DNA of 64,000 nucleotides from Octopus sinensis (Eukaryota): NCBI RefSeq assembly GCF_006345805.1, contig NC_042998.1, positions 137,082,001 to 137,146,000 of the forward strand, read 5' to 3'. Shown piece by piece: positions 54,251 to 64,000 of this stretch (position 1 is its first letter; each line of letters starts with the position of its first letter). The notes under the pieces were generated by a model. It saw only the letters and a program-made list of their open reading frames with translations, ran no database searches and was not told where the DNA came from. The position numbers and the translations under genes were made by a program.

Positions 54251-57233
54251 TTCGTTGTACAATGTTCAAGTCACATATGTCTCAGAGGTATGTATGTATG
54301 TATGTATGTATGTATGTATGTATGTATGTATGTATGTATGTATGTATGTATGTATGTATGTATGTACGTATGTAATAACATGTAGTACAGGAAGACTCCA
54401 AAGGAAAATATGGAAAACAGGAAAAACACAAAATTGACTTAGACACCCTTAAACTTATATCAGTTATTGACCAAAATTCATCAAAATTTCGACACCTGCC
54501 GATAATGCATACATGTATATATGCATACACAAAATTTCATTTTTATAACCCAAAATCTGAATCCACTCGGCAACAGATACAGAATGTTAGAACTTCTCTA
54601 CTGAAGAATGGAGAGTTTTCCTCTTCACTTCCGATTTACTTTCTTGCAACATGAGGAGATATACCAAACCGTTGAGCCAACAGTGTGCATCTATTTGATT
54701 ACTCAAACTGTTAGAAATAACAACCGAATCACTTTCAAACCACACCATCCTACTGTCTTAAAATGGATACATTGGAATGACTGTTCCTTTTACTGGGCCT
54801 GGTCTGTGCTTAAACAGCAAAATACATCAACGCTTGAAATAAGAAAATAATATTCTATTTGAATTATAGTTAACTTGAGAAGTGAAAGAATTTTCTTCGA
54901 ATATCAAACCAACTGAATCAGTAGTTTTCAACTAAATGTCTCAACTCGCCGAATGGCGTTTTAGAAACTACCCTCCCTATGTTTTGCACAGAGGTTTATT
55001 TTCCATATTTTCGTATTCCAGAAGTCTAGGTCTTATATAATGAAATTATATTTAGATTTATTTGTGTGTGGTGCGTGTAAATAAAAAAAATATATAACAA
55101 ATAACATTATAATTTAAATCTAAATATTAGCTTCATTGTTAGTGTCACATATTTCAATATTTGGCTACCTTTTAGATATAAAAAAAAAAGCACAGATTGT
55201 ATAATGCTTTATGAAATTCAACAAATCGTGAGATTCCAAAAATAATATTTAATAATTAATCTTTTTAAATCGGCTGCCTTCTGCTTGATGAGATTTTAAT
55301 TTTAAAATATCTGGTTTGATAATTGACAGAGCGTCAAGTTTTCCCTTTTACATGTTTGTAATCCAGCTTGCCATTCAGATAACAGTTGGCTAACAGCTAC
55401 CGGAATCAACTAGATGGATCACTCCACCAACTATAGCTTTCCCAGCAGGCTCCCCGCTAGGTCATCGAAACAAATGCCGGTAGAGTGCCAGTCGGCATAG
55501 TTTACGGTTGGAACTACAGCGGTACCTCATCATCTTCGAACATCCAACTGTCACTCTTGATCGAAGAAAACGCGCTTTCCACAATCCGTCAGTGTAGTGC
55601 GTCTTGCGACGATCCAAGTTACCCCTAACGTTGCAATATGAGTGGTACTGAACTCCCCTTCGATCATTATGCGTCGTGAACGGAGAGCAACAGATGACGT
55701 GCAGATGAAGCCATTTTCCATTATTCCACGTTTTTGTAAGTATGCCGGTGGTACTCGCTTTGCGCATTCTAATCTTTTTACAGTGAACATGCAAGCCGGC
55801 TCGGACACTCAGCAATGAGCACCCTCGAAGGAACTGTGCGAGCCGAAACAAACGTGAAGCAGACGCTGCTGCGTGCAGACAGGCCGATGTCCTCGGCCAT
55901 GCTTGACCTGGCCGGGTGGTATCTGGCAGCGAACTAACGCGAGTTCCTCCTTCAATCAGGTGTGATGAAGGATATTCTAACTATAGCAACTTCACTTCCT
56001 TCAACAAACGAAAATATAGTCTGTTATATCACTTATAATACAATGTCCTCTACATATTGTAACCTACATACAAATGTTAGTTTTTAAAAAGTGTTTCAAA
56101 TATTAGTTTTGTATCTACTTTATTTCTAGGGCGAATCACGACTATTCCGCACACCGATCAATCCTATAATAACTCTTGATAATCGCCGTCCGTTTTTAAG
56201 TTCAAAACTCCAATAACGGGACACTACTTCCCAGATTAAGAACCACTGCACTAAAGTATCATTAAAGGGTTGGATACAAAATTTTTTTCTTTATTTCCTT
56301 CAATATCGATAACTTTAATTTCCCAAGACCTCGACTGTGTGTTCATATTCAGAAAAATCCTTTAGCACTGAAGTACAGCTAATTATAAAGCGGTTGACCC
56401 AATACACCATAGATTTTGCCCTATAAAAAAAATCAATAAAGTGATAGAGTGTCACAAACATAAGTGTTCTGGATTAAATGCGTTGAGATATTTAGTTACT
56501 CTCCTTTGCGTTGTGAGATCAAATCCCAGCAGAATCGTGTTCGTTTTCTCTTATCCATAATCGATTTAAAAAGAAAAGTAAAACATAAATTTTCGTTAAT
56601 TTAATAACGGTAAACCCATCACTAAAATGTGTGATCTTGTTCTAATGTAAGAAATCGTTATTTCAAATCAATAAAAATTGCTGACAGTATATGTGGGTTA
56701 CACACTGAGCTCGTCTAGTCAGCTAAAGACTGAACAACCTGATACTTTCCTCCCAGTCTCTATTTTTTTGTTTTGTTTTTGTCGTCGTTGCCGTCTCCGT
56801 TGCTGTCGACACAGCCACAGGCTTATTGAGTTACCTTTCACCTGTTTTAAATGCCTCGTAGAGATTCAAGTAGGTAATACTGTACATTGATCATCTTGTT
56901 TTGTGAACGTCTGTTAGTCTAATTTGCGACCGATTACTTTGAGCCAAGGAGAATTGATCAAAAAAGTAATTTTTTAGTAATTGCTGGCTACACGATAAAA
57001 TATATATTTCTTTCACGCACTGATACATAGAACAAAACAAATCGACTTTTTACAATGGAAGTTATGTGTCTATAGATTATCACTCTAAAACTATTTCCCA
57101 GAATGTCGGGCTCAGATTCCAGATAACTATGCAATGCTTGAATGCTGTGTCTTGCTCCAGAAACAAAGAACATCTGCAGTTTTTAACCTATGATTTATTC
57201 TGCCATTTCATTTCTAATATTAGATGATACTAA

Positions 57234-58005
57234 AGGTGGCGAGCAAGTAGAATCGTTAGCACACCATGTAAAATGCTTAACAGCATTTCGTCTGCTTACC
57301 GGCATGTCGTCTGCTTAGCGGCATTTCACTGCTTAGCAGCATTTCGCGTCTTTACATTCTGAGTTCAAATTGTGCCGAGATCCACTTAGCCTTCCATCCT
57401 TTCGAGGTCGATAAAATAAGTACCAGTTGAGTACTGGAGTCAATGTAATCGACTTACTCCCTCTACCTCGAAATTGCTGGCCTTGTGCTTAAAATTTGAT
57501 ACTAATGTTATACAACACTTAAATGTTGGAACTATTGCTAGGATATATAAAGGAGGTAAGCTGGCAGAATCGTTAGCGCAGAGGTGGAAAATGCTTTGAA
57601 GTATTTCTTCGGACTTGCTATATTCTGAACGCAAACTGTGTCGCGGTCGGCTGTGGATTCCATCTTTTCGGGGTCGATAGAATAGGTAGCAGTTTAAAAC
57701 GGAGATCCTTGTAATTGACTACCCTATCCCCCGTAAAACTGCAGACCTTGTGCCAAAATTAGAGACGATTTTTATAGGATACATAAACGCAATGAACTGG
57801 TAAAATCGTTTTAGTGTCGGAAGAAAATGCTTTATATTATTTGTTTTGACTCTTTACCGAGTTCAAACTCAGTTGAAGTCAACTTTGCCTTATATTCTTT
57901 CGGAGTCAATAAAACAAGTAGCAGTCACATACTGAGGGCGATGGTATTTACTAACACCTACCCTTAGAACTGCTAGCTTTGTGCCTATATCAATCAGAAA
58001 CCATA
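57234..58005 (+). mobile_element. Three successive diverged SINE copies of the same family
   Basis: Heads at ~57234, ~57552 and ~57790, each followed by the ttcggggtcgataaaataagtaccag-like core. Confidence 0.7.
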
Positions 58006-58575
58006 ATGTTATGATTCGCAAAGGAAGTGAACTGGCACAATCATCGGAGCCTAAGAAAAAAGTATTAAAAAGTCGCTATTTGATTCATGTACAGCGATCT
58101 CTGGAAAGATTATTTGCATGCTGATCACTGTAGTGTGCATCATAGGAGAATAACTCCTTCCTGTTACGTCTACAGTGTATTCAACTCATTCGGCTCATCG
58201 GTGTACGCCATTCTGGCACGCCAGTTTTTCGACATATTGTATCTCTTCAGCCAGAAACAACCGGAACTCTGGGCCTAAACGAAGCAGCTGAAATATACAA
58301 ATAATTATTCCAAATCTCGCAGTATACGATACAAACAACAAATTTTATCGATTTTTAAATTAAGTAAGTTGTCGTTGAGTCACCTAATATGACTCCGCTT
58401 AGAAGGCTGTAATCTTATTTGGTAGGTACCCGGTAAAGAAATACATGGAACAAAGGTGATAACTTTAAATACGTTTATTGTGGTCACACGTATATATACA
58501 TAATCTGAATGTATGTTCATATGTCTACATGCATCTGCATGGGTTGTGTGTTAGCTGTTAACCCTGGTAGCGAAA

Positions 58576-58925
58576 GCTCACGAACATAGATATGTTAGAA
58601 CCAGTGCCGTTTGTTGGTGCTGTGTAAATGTTGTTGACGACGTTGGTGAGAGACATCAGTGGTGGCGACAAAGAAGGAGGTCGCTGCAATATGGTCAGTG
58701 GTTAAGCTTTAGAAGGTCGGGAACCAACAGACGTTGAGACTAGAAAGAGGTGAGCTTTTATAACTGACGGTAGACTCAACTACTTTTTAGAAAAGACTGT
58801 CTCACGTGATTTATTTGGAGGCTGTGGTTGGTTGGGTTGCATATTGGCGCACGATAGACAAATTCCGCCAATACCAACCAATCAAAGTGGTAGACACAAC
58901 AGAGTTTAAAACAGGGACCAATGGT
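58576..58925 (-). promoter_or_regulatory. Candidate Pol II promoter and first exon (left-facing)
   Basis: TATAAAA (58762-58756), TGACG (58766-58770), TCACGTGA (58802-58809), several CCAAT/ATTGG (58843, 58868, 58878, 58918) and donor-like GTGAGC at 58581-58576. Confidence 0.4.
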
Positions 58926-60139
58926 TAGCTGTTATCTGCTACGTTCGGAAGTATTTATATATAGTAGAGAGAGGAAGTTCACTAGAGTTTGCTACAGATT
59001 GATAGATATAGACACCGATCAGCAAACAATTCGTTCGCTGAAAGTATAAACAAAGTCAGCAGTTTCGTTTCAACTCAGAGTTATGATTGCTTCTGGCTGG
59101 AAAGATGTAACATGTCAAAAGACTGATGTCTCAGAATGTATGTGGCAATGAACCGAATGTGTTGAACGCACTATCATCATAAAAGGGAGAAGTTATTCTC
59201 CTATGACGTACTCTCCAACGACGAGAATATTTTTGTGTCTACCTAGTCGTGTTAACAATAAATACGCAAATAATCGCCGGAAAAAGTGTCTCGGTATTTG
59301 CTCTAGATTTTTAACGTTCAAATCCCTCCAAGATCAATTGTATATTTCATTCCTCTGAGGTCAATAAAATAAAGAATCAGTCAAGTACTGGAGTATCGAC
59401 TAACACCGTCCCTCAAAATTGCTGCTCTTGTACCTAGATTAGAGACCATTATTATGATATAATTACATATAAACTGATAACTTGGCACTTTATCTTCACT
59501 ATACTAAATACTACGTTATATATATCTTGTATTCATTTCTGTCACAGGGAAACAAATTATAAAACCAAATTTTATAAATTTACATAATGCAACGAAAGAG
59601 CACAGACAAAAGGTGCGGAGAAATTGCTCAAGTCTGCGTTTGATGTGATTAAAAGGTTTTGGTTGTCGCGGCACTATAGCAGAAGCGATTTGCGCAGACT
59701 GAACTCGATACCGTGTGGTTGAGAGGCAAACATCTTACCACTCATCCACATGTTTTAGAATATCTGATGAGGCTGACGTATCGCATGCCCACGAAAATTT
59801 AGGCAGTGTAGGGTAGAGTCAAACAGATTTATATGCTTGTGGGTGTTGTGTGAGTGCGTGTGTGCCTGTGTGTATGTACGTATGTCATTTGTACTTATGT
59901 ATCTACGTATGCATATATTATGTTACTTAGGCGTATCGATACTAAAAATAATTGTTAGAACTCAATATGCTTTTATATATTAAAGTAAATTTTCAGGAGA
60001 GCATAGAACATAATATTAGTCGATGAATGACACAAGAACAGCAATTCATAATCAACTTCATTAGCTTACTGCTTTTTATGCTATAAGTAGCAGTGCAACG
60101 AGAGCTGGGCACTAGTCCAACATCCTATGGCTTCCTCGA

Positions 60140-60182
<43 letters not shown>

Positions 60183-60360
60183 AATATGTTACATTACTCG
60201 GTAGTCAAGATAAAACTCTGAGTTTCAGATGCCGAAGTGGAAATCCACAACACCATCTCTTCGGTTATCTGGCTATTTAACATATTATTGTATAGATAAA
60301 TTTCCTCTATTTACATAATATTGAGGTCTCTTTCTTTCTTTTGTTATCATACCATTTTAT

Positions 60361-60902
<542 letters not shown>

Positions 60903-61149
60903 CGGGTGCGTTGGTTATTTGTGAACATGATATTTTTTACTTCTTTTACTCTTTTACAGTTATTTGATTGCTGCCATGCTGGAGCACCGCCTTAAAAGGT
61001 GTTATTCAAAGAAATCGATCCCAGGACTTATTCTTTGTAAGCTTAGAACTTATTCTATCGGTCTCTTTTGTCGAGCCGCTAGGTTACGGGACGTAAACAC
61101 ACCACCATCGGTTATCAAGTGATGGAGGGCGTGAGACAAACACACACAC

Positions 61150-61215
<66 letters not shown>

Positions 61216-61360
61216 CAATCTTACTTAGAAATGGATGCGTGCGTTCCGTCATATAATAAATTAATAAATAAAACATATGCATATATACATACATATATGT
61301 ACGTACCTACCTCTACATGTATATATACATGCATATATGGGTACAAGACAAATAACACAA

Positions 61361-61430
61361 GGAAAATTCCCTTTCTTCAGTCGCCCTGGTTTCATCTACT
61401 CTGCGTTTCGAAGGTGAAGGCGATACGCAT
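61361..61430 (-). ncRNA. Hammerhead-ribozyme-like motif with non-circularly permuted strand order
   Basis: UGC-GUA-UCGCC, CCUUC-GAAAC-GCA and GGCGA-CUGAAGA-AAGG: all conserved core segments plus three complementary stems (see findings). Confidence 0.55.
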
Positions 61431-61836
61431 CATCGATTGAAACTTTCCTTCCCGCGAAAAGCAAATTAAATAAAATTTGAAATCTTTTTGCGGAGGGGTA
61501 AAAATGGTAACAAAAACAGGACAGTAACGACAGTACAAAATATAAACAGTAAAAGACAGGACAAGGGGAATAACAAGACAAGAAGGGCTGTTAAGCCGAA
61601 CGAGATAAAGTATTACGAACGCTATTTTTGAGAACGGCGAAGGAGCAACAGAAAATACTCTATTTTTTCGTTGTTTAAGAAAAATCTCCAGTTCCTTGGT
61701 TTTGTGTTTATGTTTCCGTTTCTCATTGTGTTCGACGTTTTTTTTTTTTTGGTGTCCTGTACCCACGTATGCATGTATATATACATGTAGAGGTAGGTAC
61801 GTACATATATGTATGTATATATGCATATGTTTTATT

Positions 61837-61869
<33 letters not shown>

Positions 61870-61874
61870 CGACA

Positions 61875-62630
61875 AAAAATCCATGAGGTTAATTGCAAAA
61901 GACCTCCATGTATCAGAAAGAAGAATCAGAAATGTCGTGCACGAAGACATCTGGCACAAGTTTTACGTGATGAGAGGTCAATTCATGTCAAAAAAAAAGG
62001 AAATTTGTTTGTTCAGATCAAAAAGGCTATTAAACATAGTTAAAAACACCGAACATGAAATGATTTCTTGTTGTTGTTTTTTTTTTCTTTTTTCAGATGA
62101 GAAAAACTCTGACCAGGACCAGAAGATTAACAGAAAATTTGACAAATGGTTATGTTCAGGCCCTTCTGAAGTTCCAACAATCATGCACACAAAATTTGGC
62201 TTTAGGAGTTGTCTCTAATGAAGGACAATGTGATGCCTCCTCACTTCTTTCCAGAAGGCCTTAGAGTTAACTCTGCTGGTTACGTGGAGGTCCTGGAAAC
62301 AGAGTATGCAATGGAAAGTCGTACGTGCTTCAGTAGGACTCTGCGCCGTCACATAAGGCTCAAGTAACCCAAGAACGGATGGGTGACAATTTTCCTTACC
62401 ACATTTGGCTTCCAAACTCACCAGATTTCAATCCATTGGACTACTATGTGTGGAGCGTTGTTGAGAGAGAGATCAACCAACATCCCCATGACGCCAAGGA
62501 TTCCTTGAAAGCCGCTATAATAAGAGTAATGTCCAATATGATCTAGGAGCATTTGACTCGAGTGTGTAGACGATTCAGATCTCGCATAGAAGCAGTTATT
62601 GATGCTGAAGGTGGCAACATTGAATAAGAT
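61875..62630 (+). mobile_element. Tc1/mariner-superfamily (maT/DD37D-like) transposase remnant
   Basis: FSDEKN, QQDSAPSH-like and PNSPDFNPLDYYVWSVVE motifs; frameshifted and 5'-truncated at (TA)n. Confidence 0.75.
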
Positions 62631-62886
62631 TACAGAGAAGATAATCTAGCTTATATGTACAAAAGTTTTCATTAATAAAGTTATTTTTCTGTTATTATAT
62701 GTATGCTTTTCTAAAAAGAGCAAGTATATCTAATTCTTTTTAGGAGTAGTGGATCTCGAAGCAAACATAAATCTTTGAATAAACACCATGTAAATATTGT
62801 ACTGAAAAAACTTTTCGGACAGAAAATGTCGTAGGACAAGAAACCACACATCCTGTAGACATAACAGACATTCTATCTTTGAACGC

Positions 62887-62927
<41 letters not shown>

Positions 62928-63173
62928 GTGTAACATCGTCCGTTTTTCCGTCCTTGTTTCGTATACATTCGAAGCTTTTTTCCAAGGAATCTAATGCTCT
63001 TAGCTTGGTTTTTTCCTTGGGGCTGGCCAGATTGGAGCAATCTCAAAATAAATGAACCGAAATTGCGAGGATGATCCGGTTCGTGACTGAAGATTAAAGG
63101 CTTCGAATGACCCGTCCGTGTTTTTTGTATCGTCTATCTGGATGTTTTGCGTTCTTGCCCCATTTTGTATTTA

Positions 63174-63222
<49 letters not shown>

Positions 63223-63654
63223 GCAAACACAAACACACACACAAACAGAGATACATACATATATTATCCAGTATATGAAGCTGATACACACAACACACAC
63301 ACGCACATACATAAATATATGTAGAAGAATGAAACAGAAGTAGCAGATAGAAAAAGGTGTGGGCGATACACACAGATAGAACAAAATTTTTAAGATATCC
63401 CACAAAAACAAAATGCATCTTTTCAAAAACCCGAACAGAAAGCACATATGTTTAACAAGAGGTTATTGTAAATTGTGTGAATTACATAATAGTTTTAAAT
63501 GGAGCCGGTTAAATGTCGAAAGAAGAGGTGGGAGAAAAGGATAAAGTCTCGTCGTATTTAGCCTGCTGTGGTGGTATTTGTGACAACACAAACCGACTTC
63601 TGTTCACAGTTTTCTCAACTGGAACGGGGAAAAACTGTGTTAGTCGCACTAGGT

Positions 63655-63915
63655 AATAACCTACTACTACTACTATTACCGCTGCTGTCGCTGCTACTAT
63701 TACTTCAACTAGTACGGCTACTACAACCACTACTGCTGTTGCTGTTATTACTACTACTAATGTTACTACTACTACTACTACGACGACGACGACGACGACG
63801 ATGACTACGACTATTACATATAATGCTGCTGCTACAACTACTGCCACTTACTACTAATACTACTTGTACAATTAATGCTGCTATAAATACCGATGATGAT
63901 GATGATGATGATGAT
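63655..63915. repeat. Mixed trinucleotide low-complexity tract (CTA/ACG/GAT)n
   Basis: Direct reading; explains the poly-V/poly-L/poly-S ORFs. Confidence 0.9.
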
Positions 63916-64000
63916 AACAACGTCGACGAAACTTTGATGAAGATGTAATGATCATTTCTACTATAGGCACAAAGTCTGAAATTTGAGGAAAGGGGCTATT

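Noticed and set aside
58140-59206. Exact 16-bp inverted match agttattctcctatga (58140-58155 vs 59191-59206)
   Set aside because: About one such match is expected by chance in a 64-kb AT-rich window.
61397-61409. Conventional type II hammerhead using the internal GUA at 61399-61397
   Set aside because: It gives only a 2-bp stem III and no stem I; the upstream GUA gives three proper stems.
62960-63120. CUGAAGA...CGAA...GUC hammerhead-like spacing in a repeat shared with 11805-11950
   Set aside because: GAAA core is broken and no convincing stems I/II can be paired in either copy.

Overview
AT-rich, microsatellite-dense eukaryotic DNA. The SINE families, Penelope/R4/mariner content and simple-repeat load point to an octopod cephalopod (inference; no database search was possible). 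The first ~33 kb is a tandem segmental-duplication array carrying a family of single-exon secreted prepro-peptide genes on the + strand: two intact copies (18826-19104, 26577-26927), one with a single premature stop (911-1192), one 5'-deleted copy (12890-13072) and an orphan 3' flank (~10960-11330). They share a near-invariant 22-aa signal peptide, two acidic spacer modules each ending in KR, and a hypervariable cationic mature peptide, usually ending in an amidation signal GK-stop. This is the architecture of defence/venom/antimicrobial peptide superfamilies; I do not recognise the family. The rest of the window is transposon debris (CR1-like, RTE-like, L1/Tx1-like, R4-like, Penelope, mariner DD34D, maT-like, Helitron, MITEs, SINEs). 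Several hammerhead-ribozyme-like motifs occur, one of which (61361-61430, - strand) has its three strands in a non-circularly permuted order. A TATA/CCAAT/E-box promoter-like site with a candidate first exon faces left at ~58.6-58.9 kb. Repeat boundaries are approximate (read by eye).
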